Counted from the first letter of the stretch, positions 1-11,257 are shown. The stretch is 64,000 nucleotides of DNA from an uncultured delta proteobacterium (GCA_963771175.1 CAVYSY010000025.1:32001-96000), one strand, 5' to 3'. The notes: a model not told the origin generated them from the sequence alone. Program-made: numbers and translations.

Positions 1-698
<698 letters not shown>

Positions 699-732
699 GC
701 GGGCGGCACGTGGGTGTTCTCCACCAGTCCGC

Positions 733-2056
733 TCAGCGGAACTCGATGATCCCGGAGTAGGGGTTGTGGCGGACCTTGCGTTCGTCGTGCGGGAGGCATG
801 AGGCGCCGGGCGGGCACGGCGGATTCCCATCGTCCGCCTGATCCGAGGTCACCAGGAGGCGCTTGCCGACCCGCTGGACGATGCCGAACGGGTTCAGCCC
901 GCCTTCCGCGTCGAGCGTGTTCGTCTCCTGGAGCCCGGGTGACCGCCATGTCGGTCCGCTAAGCCGGTTCTTCGGGATGCCAGCGGTGGACCAGCGGCAC
1001 GCCTCGCCGTGGCCGGGGAAGAACAGGCGCAGCGACGTCGCGTCAAAGACGAAGACGCCGTTCGGCGCGGCCTCCACGGAGATCCCGGCGGGCAGCGGGT
1101 GGCTCGCGAACGTGAGCGTCTTCGGGTCGAGTTGGTACAGCACCTTCGGGCGTTGAGGTCCTTCGGGCTGATCGATCCAGGCGCCGGGAGCACCTTCCAC
1201 GGTGAAGTACGTCAAGCGATCCGGCTCGAGGATCGCGAGCTGCTCGTCGGCGATCGGCAGCCAGCGTCGCGCCTCCAGGTCGTAGACCGAGGCCTTCACC
1301 TGTGCCGGCGGCGGCGTCTGCCCGACGACGAGGAGCTGGCTTCGCCGTCAGCTTCCAGACGAGCACGTGTCCTACGAGCGCCGGAAAGCCGTCGAACGAG
1401 ATGGGCGTTTCCTTTCCGCTCAGGAGCGACACCTCCGCGCCCGTGCGCGAAATGGGATCGATCGCGACGACCGAGCGCCCAAACGGTAGCCAATGGCCGC
1501 CGAGCCGCTGCAGCGCGGGAGGCGACGGCTTGAAGGTGCCCCGCTGCGCGTCGAAGCGGTGGGACGGAGACACCCACTCGTGGTCGGTGATGACGTTGGG
1601 CCGCATCGTGAGCCCTTCGGGCAGGTCGACGCGCGTCCACGACAAGCGATCGGGGTCCACGACCGCGAACCCGAGCGAATAGCTCCCGACGAGCCTGCGG
1701 CCGATCGGGAACCAGTTGATGGAGTAGTGGTTGTAGCCGACGACGAGCGCCGGGCCGCCGTTGGGATCGAGCGGCCTGGATTCGAGCGTCTCCGCGTCGA
1801 CGACCGCCACGCGCGGGCGGTAGTCGGGGGGGCTCCCGGAGCCGACGGAGAACAGCACCTCGCTGGTCGAGAAGAGCTCGCCGTACGGGAGCGACACGGG
1901 GCGCGCGACCAGCTCTCCACAGCGGCCCGGTGACGGCTCCAGAACGCCGGGGCCTCCAGGTCGGGATTGAGCCGCCGGCGTGGCCGCACCATCCGGCGTG
2001 GAGACGCACGACGTTGAGAGAGCCATCACCGCGGTAAGCACCAGAGCCTGGTTCAT
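733..2056 (-). CDS. Putative lipoprotein, beta-propeller-like (frameshift near 1310)
   Basis: Signal peptide with lipobox (MNQALVLTAVMALSTS-C) and RBS GGAGG. ORFs 1043..2056 and 733..1299 join into one protein-like sequence. Confidence 0.55.
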
Positions 2057-2154
2057 GGAGTTCCCCTCCTATGACTCTGCCCCGGGCGCCGCGGTGCCGT
2101 CGAGCGCTGGCCGCGATGGAACCTGACTGAGCCTGCCCCACGTAACCGGGGCAA

Positions 2155-2350
2155 GCCCAGGTGCAGGTGGCGAAGAATGCGCCGGATGACGCTGCCCTGG
2201 GTGAGGTACCCCAGCACCCGCCGCCTTCCTCCGCACCTCGGGCAGCAGAAGACTTCCACTGCGAACGTCTTGCGGAGCAACCCCGCCCATTCCAGCCTCC
2301 GGGCGCGCTGACGCTTCCGGCACATGGCCCGAGCTGCCGCATCTGAAGCT
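2155..2350 (-). mobile_element. IS91/ISCR-family transposase C-terminal remnant
   Basis: [41 protein letters not shown] matches the C-terminus of the intact transposase at 7988..9376 ([33 protein letters not shown]). Confidence 0.85.
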
Positions 2351-2826
2351 GGTGCCTCCTCCTCGCCGGCATCGAGCTCAGTACAGCCGCCGGGGAGTTG
2401 CCCCTGATGCCCTCGAATCACGGCATGTCGATGACCCTGAACCAGCTCAAGGGCCCCAGTAACGCGCTGACGTGCTGCATCAACAAGACCTGCGACTGGG
2501 GCGCTGGCAACTGCGAATCCTGCAAGACCCAGTACCAGGTGGACTGCGCGGATCCCTCGTTCCGCGCCAGCCCCCAGGACGTGGGTGGTGCCTACAGCGA
2601 CCGATGCGGCAGCGCGAGCATCCCGGGAAGTACGCCTGCACTGTGTGGGTGCGCGATGATGAGGTGGTGGCGACGAAGGGGTTCTGCTTCGACTGAGCGC
2701 GCCGTCAGAAGGACCCGCGCCAGCGGCAGGGGTCAGAGGATTCGAGTCCCGCCCGGAACGAGTCCTTTGACACCTTCCCCGGCCCCGAGCCGCGCCAGGG
2801 GGCGTGGTGCCCGCGGGATTGCCTCG

Positions 2827-3201
2827 TCAGCGGAGGATGTAGAGCACCAGCACCGTCGCAATCAGAATCTGCAGGATCACCGTCCAGACCGTGACCTCTC
2901 GGAGCGGGAAGAGAAACGCCTCTCCGACCTGCTCGCGATCGAGCCGCACGCGCAGCTTCCGGCCCGTCTTCAATGCCGACCACATCAGCGCGTAACCCAG
3001 GATGACGAAGGCGGAGGAGAGCATGACCACCACCCAGCGTGGCCACCCCTTGACGAGCAGCTCGGTGACGAGCGCGCCACCGCCCGAAATTGCCGCTCCT
3101 GTCCGCAACAGCGCGAGCAGGGTCCGCGTCGCCGCCATGTGGGTGTTGTCGAGCGTGAATTGGGACGCATTGCCGGTCGAAAGCTGAGAGGAGTTGTTCA
3201 T
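2827..3201 (-). CDS. YidH/DUF202-like small membrane protein
   Basis: T(H)MAATRTLLALLRTGAAI motif and three hydrophobic helices. Confidence 0.7.
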   Translation of the reverse strand: MNNSSQLSTGNASQFTLDNTHMAATRTLLALLRTGAAISGGGALVTELLVKGWPRWVVVMLSSAFVILGYALMWSALKTGRKLRVRLDREQVGEAFLFPLREVTVWTVILQILIATVLVLYILR

Positions 3202-3384
3202 GCGAGAGCCCAGCGTTGCACGAGCACCGCACGGAGGCCCCTGGCTCTGTCGAGGATGCGGTCACGTTTTGACAAGTACATGACTCCGCGACTGTTACCG
3301 CGCAGCTTGGATGGGGGAGATCGGCCCGGAATCGGACCGACTGGATGATGGGAGGAGCCGTAGGGGCGTAGGGCCCCCCTCCTC

Positions 3385-3457
3385 CACGGGTTCGAATCCC
3401 GTCGGGGACACAAAAGCCGAGGCCGGAAGCCGCTGAGCAATCAGGGGTTTCCGGCCT
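3385..3457 (+). mobile_element. tRNA-Glu 3'-end fragment (att scar) followed by an imperfect hairpin
   Basis: CACGGGTTCGAATCCCGTCGGGGACAC is a T-arm plus acceptor 3' strand with no 5' half upstream. It is followed by AGGCCGGAA..GCAA..TTCCGGCCT. Confidence 0.65.
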
Positions 3458-3607
3458 TGGTGTTCTTGGGCTCCTTCTCCCCCTACCCCAGGTGCATTTA
3501 CCGCATGGTGGTGCGGAGGCTGCGGTTGCCTGCCAGCTCCTTGATCGCGGGCCAGGCAACCGATGGCGCCGGCGGCGCCGCGAGCAGGGCACCGGCGGCG
3601 CGACGAG

Positions 3608-4372
3608 CTACTCCGAGTAGTCCTGCCTGGCGACGAGGCGCCAGTCACGGTTGTAGATGTGGAGCATGGAGAACCAGCCGCTGTGGCAGCTGCCGCTGTT
3701 GCTGGCGGTGTAGCCGTAGACGAAGCCGTTGTGGACGCGGGCGTCGAGGCGGGGCGAACCGGGGTTCTCGCAGGGCTGGTCGACGCGGACGGCCTGGTAG
3801 GCGGCCTCGGCGAGCACTTCTTCCTGGCCCTCGAAGTCGTAGATGGAGTGGACGCGGTTGGCGGTGAAGGTGACGAGCTGGCTGGCCTGCTGGGCGTCGC
3901 TCAGCGTGAGGAAGGACTGCAGGTTGGCGAGGGTGGCGGCCTCGGAGGTGATCGAGCCGATGAGGCGGTGAACGGCGCCGTCATTGTCGGAGAGCGCGGC
4001 GCGGATGGCGGTGATGCCGGACGTGTCCTGGTAGACGGAGGTGTCGCCCCAGGTGAAGCTGAAGGCGGTACCGGCGGTGTAGGCGTTGAGCGCGCAGGAG
4101 CCGCCGGCGCCGGCGGTCTCGACGAGGATGATCTTGCGGAGGCGGTGCTCGGGGTTCAGGAGGGCGATGCACTCGTCGCCGGCGACACCGTCGTAGTTGG
4201 CGGCCGGGAGCACGGCCTCGACGATGTTGTAGACGCGGAACGCGGGATCCGTGGCCTGTTGCGCGGTGGTCTGGAGGGTGTCGAGGGTGTCAGTGTCCGT
4301 CTCGGCGCCGAGGCAGCCGACAGCGACGGAGGAGGCGAGGAGGAGAGAAGAGAGCCGGAGAGAGGTATGCAT
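3608..4372 (-). CDS. Hypothetical lipoprotein (254 aa)
   Basis: MHTSLRLSSLLLASSVAVG-C lipobox; GC3-biased frame within ORF 3608..5164. Confidence 0.7.
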   Translation of the reverse strand: MHTSLRLSSLLLASSVAVGCLGAETDTDTLDTLQTTAQQATDPAFRVYNIVEAVLPAANYDGVAGDECIALLNPEHRLRKIILVETAGAGGSCALNAYTAGTAFSFTWGDTSVYQDTSGITAIRAALSDNDGAVHRLIGSITSEAATLANLQSFLTLSDAQQASQLVTFTANRVHSIYDFEGQEEVLAEAAYQAVRVDQPCENPGSPRLDARVHNGFVYGYTASNSGSCHSGWFSMLHIYNRDWRLVARQDYSE

Positions 4373-4465
4373 GGCCGCGGAAGCTAGCACGCGTGATTCG
4401 CTCGATCCCGAACATGTCCCCTCCGGCGGCCTCCACCGGTACTCCCACCCGTGCGCCCCTGGTTC

Positions 4466-4484
4466 TGTCTCCAGAATGTCTCCA
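4466..4484. repeat. Tandem direct repeat TGTCTCCA-gaa-TGTCTCCA, resembling integrase arm-type sites
   Basis: Two exact 8-bp copies, followed by two copies of GCGGGAA. Confidence 0.4.
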
Positions 4485-4699
4485 AAACGGGAGGGGACTC
4501 CAGGCGACAGGCGGGAATGGCGGGAACAGGCCCGTGGACTCGAAGAGACCGGATTCACTCGCGATTGCTCGAAAGGCGTGTGCCGTCCCCGACTCGTCTC
4601 CAGTGGGAACGTCAGGGCACCCGGCCTGGACGGGTCGCGCGGGCCAGCAGCTCCAGGATGTGGGTCCGCAGCGCCGGGTCGTCCCGCTCCTCCACCGAG

Positions 4700-5005
4700 C
4701 CCGCCGCCCCCAGTCCGTCCAGCAGCAGCCGGTTGTAGCGGGCCGACTCCGCGTCCTCCCCTCCCCGCCGCCGCCCCCAGCGCGTAGGCGCTCGCGTTGC
4801 GCAGGTGCTCCTGTTTCTCGCTCCGCGCGCTCTCGTACTTGCGCACCAGGTACTCCAGTGACTCCTTCTCCGGCCGCTCCACCAGCCCCAGCCGCTGCAG
4901 GAGCAGCTCGTAGGCCTGCGGGTCCTCGTGCGCCGCGCGCGTCTCCAGCATCTCGCGCATCACCGCCTGCGCCTGGGCGTGTCCCGCGCTGGCCAGTAGA
5001 TCCAA
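4700..5005 (-). pseudogene. Internal fragment of a HEAT-repeat/alpha-solenoid protein
   Basis: LDLLASAGHAQAQAVMREML..LLQRLGLVERP..RNASAYALGAAAG, with no proper start or stop. Confidence 0.45.
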
Positions 5006-5249
5006 CCGCCGAGGGAAACCCACGGGACCTACAGAAGAGCCCTTTTTCCTGGTGCTCCCTCGTGCCGGGTTCTTCGATGCCTGCTCTTCTCCGCGTCGCC
5101 ATTCATCCCTTGCCCTCGCGTCCGGGTAGAGATTGACTCCTCGGGGAGTGACTGACCCTCCCACCTGGTGGGTGTGAATTCCTTCACATCCCTAGCAATT
5201 ACAAGCAGCTCCACCGTGAGGAATGCTCCACGAGGCCAGCGAAACGGCG

Positions 5250-5265
5250 TGGCACCCTTCTGGCA
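5250..5265 (+). promoter_or_regulatory. Candidate sigma54 -24/-12 promoter
   Basis: TGGCACCCTTCTGGCA has GG-N10-GC spacing and lies in an AT-richer intergenic stretch. Confidence 0.45.
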
Positions 5266-5591
5266 ATTGATTGCACTCGCATCCAATCAGGAGCGCGGGT
5301 GGGGTGCCTCGAAGGCAGGACCATTCAGGAACTGTCACTTCGATGTGTTGGTTATTCAGACTTCGAGGGGATCATGCGGACCATTCCATTTGTTTCAGTT
5401 CTCGTTCTCGTGATGGATTTCCAGGGTTCCAGTAAGGCGTCGGATTCCTGCTGCGACACGTCGTCACCCGCGTTGACCGCGGAGATGCCTGGTCAAGCGG
5501 GACGGGCGCTGACGCTAGCAACACTTCCACGAGTCCATCCTGGTCCCCGCTGGGTCCACCGTGTCGAAGTAGAGCGGGCGCGCCCGGTCAT

Positions 5592-6590
5592 TCAGGGTTG
5601 ATGGCGATCGCGGTAGTCCACCGGGACGAACGTGTAGCCCTGCTCCTCCGCGCGGATGTGGCCAATCCCCGGGTAGGGCAGGTGCGGCGCCGCGACCAGG
5701 GCGCGATTGCCCGCCGCCGCGGCGAACTGCTTCTCACGCTGGGCCGCGGCATCCCTGGGGCTGACGTCGTAGACAATCGTGATCGCCGTGTTCGGGAACT
5801 GCACGGAGGCCACGTGGACGATGTCGCCAATGAACGTGATGGATTCGCCCCTGCTCTCCACCCGGTAGAAGCCGTGCCCGGGGGTATGGCCGGGCGTTGG
5901 GATGGCCTTGATGCCGGGGAAGAGCTGGGTTTCGCGGGTGAACCCCTGAACCTGCCCGGCCTTCATGTACGGCCCGACCGTCTTGACTGCTTCCTCGAAG
6001 TACTTCTTGTCGTAGCCATTGACGCCGCCCTGGTTCGCGGGATTGAGGAAGAAGTCCAGGTCCGGATTGCCAGCGTGCAACGTGGCATTGGGGAACACCC
6101 GGTTGCCTTCGCTGACGAGGCCGCCACTGTGATCCGTGTGGATGTGCGTCAGCAGGATGTCGTTGATCTGCTCCGGCTCGTAGCCCGCCAACTTGAGGCT
6201 GCCGAGGAGCTTGCCGCCATAACCCGGCCCGAACAAGCCGCCGGCGCCGGTATCGACCAGGATCAGCCGGCTCCCCGTATCGATCAGGAAGGCCGTGATG
6301 GACGCCTCGACAGGATTGCTCAGGAAGGCATGGTGGAGCATCTTGTCGACCTCCGCGGGTGATGCGCCCCTGAGGAGTTCGTGCAGGTCCTGCGGCACGG
6401 TGCCGTCGGACAGCGCGGTCACCTGGAAGTCACCGACGCGGTAGCGGTAGACACCTGGTACCTGCGCTCGTGCCTGGGCCACGCTGGTACCGGTTGCCGG
6501 CGGCGCCGCCTCGGTGGTGAGCGGCATGGCGCTGGAGAACAGGGCCGCTGCCGCGACCACGCTGTCGAGAAGAAGTCGATGGAAACGCAT
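5592..6590 (-). CDS. Secreted MBL-fold metallo-hydrolase (methyl-parathion hydrolase/AHL-lactonase-like)
   Basis: Signal peptide; THIHTDHSGG (HxHxDH), PGHTPGH, GDIVH and HLPYPGIGH motifs. Confidence 0.9.
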   Translation of the reverse strand: MRFHRLLLDSVVAAAALFSSAMPLTTEAAPPATGTSVAQARAQVPGVYRYRVGDFQVTALSDGTVPQDLHELLRGASPAEVDKMLHHAFLSNPVEASITAFLIDTGSRLILVDTGAGGLFGPGYGGKLLGSLKLAGYEPEQINDILLTHIHTDHSGGLVSEGNRVFPNATLHAGNPDLDFFLNPANQGGVNGYDKKYFEEAVKTVGPYMKAGQVQGFTRETQLFPGIKAIPTPGHTPGHGFYRVESRGESITFIGDIVHVASVQFPNTAITIVYDVSPRDAAAQREKQFAAAAGNRALVAAPHLPYPGIGHIRAEEQGYTFVPVDYRDRHQP

Positions 6591-6700
6591 GTTTTCTCCT
6601 GTAGGGATGCCGTGGGTTCGGTGCGAACCCCGGTGGGAGATACATACGGTTTCCCCGCGCCCATCGTGAGTTGCGCGCGTTTATAGGAGGTATAGACGGG

Positions 6701-7612
6701 ATGGATATCCGGCGGGCGGACCTGCCCTTGCTCATTTCCCTGGACGTGTTGCTTGAGGAGCTGAACGTGACACGTGCGGCCCGCCGGTTGAACGTGAGTC
6801 AGCCGGCACTCTCCGCCCAGCTCGGCCGCTTGCGCGAGTTGTTCAAGGATCCCCTGCTCGTTCCTTCCGAGGCGGGTCGCGGAATGACCCCCACACCGCG
6901 GGCGCTCGAGTTGCAGCCGGCCTTGCACCAGGCGCTGCTCGATCTGCAAAGCGCCGTCGTGAGCCGCGTGGAGTTCATCCCTCAGGAGGCGCAGCGCCAT
7001 TTCACGATCGCGCTCAACGACAACTTCTTCACGACCATCGGTCTCGGCGTGGCCCGGGAAGTCCTTGGTCTTGGTGGACCCGGTCTCCGTCTCAGCTTCG
7101 TCGCGTCGGCCGAGGAGAATCTGACCTACCGGATGGAACGTGGAGAGATCGACCTCTACGTCGGGCTTTCAGCCAAGATTCCCGACGCGCTCAAGAGCCG
7201 CCGCCTGCTCACCGACGGGTTCTGCTTCGCCCAGCGAAAGGGGCATCCCAGAGGCCAGAAGGCGCCCACACTCGAGGACTACTGTCAGCTCAGTCATGTC
7301 ATGGTTTCCCAGGGGGGTGGTTTTCATAGCGCGGTCGACGACGTCCTCGCGCGGCATGGCAAGGCGCGCCGTGTCGCCATCACCGTCCCGAACTACAACC
7401 AGGTTGCCCTCGTCCTCGCCGATACGGACTGTGTCGCCACGCTCCCCAGCAGGCTTCTCCAACGCTACGCATCGGGCCTCGACCTCATGCCAGTGCCCTT
7501 CTCCATGCAGCCATTCGACATCGCGATGGGTTGGCATGCCCGTGCACAGCACGATCCCTCGCATCAGTGGCTGAGGGAGCGCTTCGTTCGCGCGGCCAGC
7601 CACGGGGAGTAG
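6701..7612 (+). CDS. LysR-family transcriptional regulator
   Basis: NVTRAARRLNVSQPALSAQLGRLR HTH; divergent from the hydrolase gene. Confidence 0.95.
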   Translation: MDIRRADLPLLISLDVLLEELNVTRAARRLNVSQPALSAQLGRLRELFKDPLLVPSEAGRGMTPTPRALELQPALHQALLDLQSAVVSRVEFIPQEAQRHFTIALNDNFFTTIGLGVAREVLGLGGPGLRLSFVASAEENLTYRMERGEIDLYVGLSAKIPDALKSRRLLTDGFCFAQRKGHPRGQKAPTLEDYCQLSHVMVSQGGGFHSAVDDVLARHGKARRVAITVPNYNQVALVLADTDCVATLPSRLLQRYASGLDLMPVPFSMQPFDIAMGWHARAQHDPSHQWLRERFVRAASHGE

Positions 7613-7643
7613 GCTCCGGGGGGCGATGTTGACGCTGACGCCC

Positions 7644-7940
7644 TCAATGGCAGCACAGGACGTGCAGCCGCAGCTCCGCGCCGTCCTCGGGCACCAGGGC
7701 GAAAGGGCGTGCGCCCGCGTGGACGAACTCACGCACGTCCAGGCTCGCCTCGGTGCGGTAGCCCAGCTCCTCACACAGGTGTTGCGTCAGGGCATGCGAG
7801 TTGACCGTGACGACGCCCCGATACCCGCGTGCGCGGGCCGCGCCGATCACCGTGGTCTCGAGTTCGCGCGCGACCCGAGCCACCTCTCGCTGCCCCGTGG
7901 CCGCCAGCAGCAGCACGTAGACCCATTCACCTGGATCCGG
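7644..7940 (-). pseudogene. C-terminal fragment of a GNAT-like protein, cut at the IS boundary
   Basis: PGEWVYVLLLAATG..AARARGYRGVVTVNSHALTQHLCEELGY; in-frame stop just upstream, inside IS sequence. Confidence 0.5.
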
Positions 7941-7949
7941 TTCGGACGG

Positions 7950-9662
7950 CTATTCATCTCCAGCAGAGTGTGGCTGGGGAGGGGCAGGTGGGGGAGCACG
8001 GGTGGGCGTACCGGCGGAGGCGGCCGGAGGGGACGGTGCTGTACGAGGCGATGAGGGACAACCTGGCCACGCTGCTGGAGGAGGCGAGCGAGGTGGGGCG
8101 CGGCCTGCCCCGGTACGTGGAGCGGGACTTCGCCCGGTACCTGGAGTGCGGCGTGCTGGCGCACGGCTTCGCGCGGGTACGCTGCGAGAGTTGCAAGGAC
8201 GAACTGCGCGTCGCCTTCTCGTGCAAGGGTCGAGGGGTGTGTCCCTCATGCAACGCGAAGCGCGCGCAGGTGACAGCGGTGCACCTGGTGGAGCGGGTAC
8301 TGCATCACGTGCCCTACCGGCAGTGGACGCTGTCCTTTCCGCATCGGGTGCGGTGGGTGCTGCTGAAGGAGAGGAGGCTGCTCTCGGACGTCCTCACCCT
8401 CTTCCTGCGGGCGGTGTTCGCCCTGCAGCGGCGGAGGGCACGGCGGCAGGGCGTACGCGGTGGGCAGACCGGGGCCGTCTCTTTTCTCCAATTCTTCGGC
8501 TCGGCGTTGCAGGTAACCCCTCACTACCATGCGCTGGTACCGGACGGAGTCTTCGTGCCAGGGGAGGGAGGCGTGCGCTTCGAGGCGTTGCCGCCGCCCA
8601 CGCAAGGTGAGGTGGAGCGGATGCTGAGGGTGGTGCATCACCGGGTGCTGCGCCTGCTGGAGAAAAGAGGGGCCCTGCCCGCGCAAGGGCCCGAGGACGC
8701 GCTGCAGGCATACCAGGCGCACTCGCTAAAGCAGCGGCTGCGCTGGACGGAGGTGGACGTCCGGCCCCCTCCCAGCAAGCAACCCCGGTGCGCCTTCCTG
8801 GAGGGCTTCTCCCTGCATGCCAACACGCACCTTCACGCGAACGACAGGCAAGGGCTGGAGCGGCTGGTCCGCTATGGAGCACGCGGAGCGTTGGCGCTGG
8901 AGCGTTTGTCACGAGCGGAGGACGGCCGCATCGCCTATCGGATGAAGCGCCCGCTGCCGAACGGCACCACGCACCTGCTATTCACCGGGCTGGAGCTTTT
9001 ACGGCGTGTGGCATCCCTGGTGCCTCCGCCTCGGGCAAACCTCACGAGGTTCCACGGCGTCTTCGCTCCAGGCTCGAAATTGCGGCCATTTCTGGTCCCC
9101 CAAGCAGGTGAGGAGGGGGCGAGCGTGGCACCTAAGGCAGCGGTCAGGAAGGAGCCGAAGAAGGAGCGGATGCCGCGAGTGGACTGGGCGAAGCTGCTGC
9201 GCAGGACGTTCGCATTGGATGTCTTCACCTGCCCCCGGTGTGGAGGCAGGCGCCGGGTGTTGGCGTACCTGACGGCACCCAACGCAGTGCGCGCCATTCT
9301 GGAGCACCTGTCACTGCCCACGCGGCCTGCTCAGCTGGCTGCAGCGCAGGGGCCACCCCAGCACGCGTGGTGTTGAGCCTCGAGCAGTCACGGTGCCAAA
9401 GACGCCCACGCCCCTGCTGCCTCCCCCTGGGGGGCCACCTGGGCCAGCGTGTGCCCAATGGGGCTGCACCGCGTCTCCACCGGCCCGGCGCACAGCCCTC
9501 GTGGCACCCGTCAGCAGCCCTCCTCGACCCCTCGGCTCCAGCCCTCTCCCTCAACACGGCCCCCATCCCGCCTATACGCGGGCGAAGTACGAGCGTTTCT
9601 GCTCCTCGGCCCCTCGGCACCTGCCCTCCTCCCTCAACAGGCCTTCAATCCGTCCTATGCTC
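7950..9662 (+). mobile_element. IS91/ISCR-family rolling-circle element (left boundary approximate)
   Basis: Transposase followed by ends terminating CCTATAC (9577) and CCTATGC (9660), similar to the ISCR oriIS ..TTCCTATAC. No terminal inverted repeats or target duplication seen. Confidence 0.85.
7988..9376 (+). CDS. IS91/ISCR-family HUH transposase (Zn-binding domain plus catalytic domain)
   Basis: [16 protein letters not shown] zinc domain, HUH motif [10 protein letters not shown], catalytic LVRYGARG (single Tyr, ISCR-like), RFHGVFAP, C-terminal CPRCGG. Confidence 0.95.
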   Translation: MGEHGWAYRRRRPEGTVLYEAMRDNLATLLEEASEVGRGLPRYVERDFARYLECGVLAHGFARVRCESCKDELRVAFSCKGRGVCPSCNAKRAQVTAVHLVERVLHHVPYRQWTLSFPHRVRWVLLKERRLLSDVLTLFLRAVFALQRRRARRQGVRGGQTGAVSFLQFFGSALQVTPHYHALVPDGVFVPGEGGVRFEALPPPTQGEVERMLRVVHHRVLRLLEKRGALPAQGPEDALQAYQAHSLKQRLRWTEVDVRPPPSKQPRCAFLEGFSLHANTHLHANDRQGLERLVRYGARGALALERLSRAEDGRIAYRMKRPLPNGTTHLLFTGLELLRRVASLVPPPRANLTRFHGVFAPGSKLRPFLVPQAGEEGASVAPKAAVRKEPKKERMPRVDWAKLLRRTFALDVFTCPRCGGRRRVLAYLTAPNAVRAILEHLSLPTRPAQLAAAQGPPQHAWC

Positions 9663-9711
9663 CTGTCGTTCCCGGTGACTTCGCCATGGACGTGCGGTCC
9701 AATGCGCCGCC

Positions 9712-11010
9712 ATGAAAGCGCTTGCCCTTCGTGAGGACCGATTCCTGGATGTGCTCCGGCGTCTCATCGCCCTGACGCCGAAGCTGCAGAACAACCCCAG
9801 CGCGGGGCTGGTGCCCGAGGAGCGGTTCGCCGCGCAGGTGGTGCTGGACGTGCTCGCGCCGCACATCCAGAGCGGCTTCATCCAGGCCGAGTCGCTCGCG
9901 GGGCCCGGCAACGAGTCCCGGCCCAGCCTGGTGCTCACCGTGAAGGGCACGGGCGACGGCGCGCTCGGCTTCGTGGGCGCGCACTTCGACGTCGTGCCCG
10001 CGGACGAGAAGGGCGAGGGCTGGGAGCGCAACCCCTTCGCGCTGTGGGAGGGGCCCGGCGGCGTCCTCTACGGGCGCGGCGTCACCGACTGTCTCGGCCA
10101 CGTGGCGGTGATTACGGATTTGCTCGCGCAGCTCGCCGAGCGTGACGCGCGCCCGATCCGCACGCTGAAGGTGGTCTTCATCTCCAACGAGGAGTCCACG
10201 GAGCTGCCGGGCCTGGGCCTGGGCTACGTGGCCGAGCAGGGGCGGCTGAAGGACCTCGTCGGGCAGCCGGTGTACTGGCTGGACAGCGCCAACTTCGGCC
10301 CCACGCTGGGCACCGGCGGCAACGCCATCTGGGAGCTGAAGGTGACGGGCGTGGGCGGGCACTCGGGCATGCCGCAGAACTGCGTCAACGCGCTGGAGTT
10401 GGCCATGGCCGTGTCGCTGGAGCTGGGCGGCTTCTTGCGCGCGGTCTGCTGCCCCGCCACCGAGGACGAGAAGACGTGGGGCTTCCTCTCCTCGTCCAGC
10501 TTCAAGGCGACGGTCATCGAGGCCCCCAACAGGAAGGAGACGAAGATTCCCGCGGACGTCACCGTGCGCGGCGACATCCGCGTGACGCCCTTCTACGACA
10601 TGAAGCAGGTGCAGCAGAAGGTGGAGCACTTCGTGCGCGAGCTGGAGGCGCGCCTCCAGCGCGACGAGGTCCCTCCCGGCTTTCCGCGCGCGCGCACCGA
10701 GGCGGGCAAGACGTGCTCGCTGGCGTTCCGCTTCCTGGGTGGAGGTAAGGAGGGCATCGCCTGCCGGCTGGACTCGCCGGGGCTGCGCGCGCTGAAGGAG
10801 GCGATTCAGCAGGTGCGCGGCGTGGCGCCGACGCCGTTCTCCCTCACCGGCTCGCTGCCGCTCGTGCGCGACCTGCAGCGCCAGGGCTGCGACGTGCAGA
10901 TAACGGGCTTCGGGGAGATGGCGTACTACCACGCGCCCAACGAGCAGGCCCGGCTGGAGGACTTCCGGCAGGGCTTCGCCATCCTCCGCGAGCTGCTGGT
11001 GCGGCTGTGA
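9712..11010 (+). CDS. M20 family peptidase / acetylornithine deacetylase-like
   Basis: GAHFDVVPA, LYGRGVTDCLGH, SNEE, GGHSG and YHAPNE motifs. Confidence 0.9.
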   Translation: MKALALREDRFLDVLRRLIALTPKLQNNPSAGLVPEERFAAQVVLDVLAPHIQSGFIQAESLAGPGNESRPSLVLTVKGTGDGALGFVGAHFDVVPADEKGEGWERNPFALWEGPGGVLYGRGVTDCLGHVAVITDLLAQLAERDARPIRTLKVVFISNEESTELPGLGLGYVAEQGRLKDLVGQPVYWLDSANFGPTLGTGGNAIWELKVTGVGGHSGMPQNCVNALELAMAVSLELGGFLRAVCCPATEDEKTWGFLSSSSFKATVIEAPNRKETKIPADVTVRGDIRVTPFYDMKQVQQKVEHFVRELEARLQRDEVPPGFPRARTEAGKTCSLAFRFLGGGKEGIACRLDSPGLRALKEAIQQVRGVAPTPFSLTGSLPLVRDLQRQGCDVQITGFGEMAYYHAPNEQARLEDFRQGFAILRELLVRL

Positions 11011-11038
11011 GACAGTCAGCGAAAGGAAAGAAAAAGAC

Positions 11039-11242
11039 ATGAGCAGCCGTGATCGATACGCGCCGGGGGCCGCTTCTGGTGCTGAGGTTCGAAAAGAGGG
11101 AGAGAGGTGGACGCTCGTTCTCGTCCGCGATCTCTCCCACCCGCCTGCCAGGGTTTGGCAGGCGCTCACGGAGCCCGAGCATCTTCGCGAATGGGCTCCC
11201 TTCGATGCTGACCGAAACCTCGGAGCTGCTAACCACCCGTAA
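11039..11242 (+). pseudogene. SRPBCC/AHSA1-domain protein, N-terminal fragment
   Basis: WTLVLVRDLSHPPARVWQALTEPEHLREWAPF, truncated at about 11230 by att-like sequence. Confidence 0.7.
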
Positions 11243-11257
11243 GCACTGGGTAAAACA

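Noticed and set aside
2731..2757. GGTCAGAGGATTCGAGTCCCGCCCGG as a tRNA T-arm fragment
   Set aside because: The T-stem does not pair properly and the match is too short and degenerate.
3608..5164. 518-aa ORF as a single fusion protein
   Set aside because: It is a chance read-through joining a HEAT-like fragment, non-coding att-like DNA and a lipoprotein gene with its own start at 4372.
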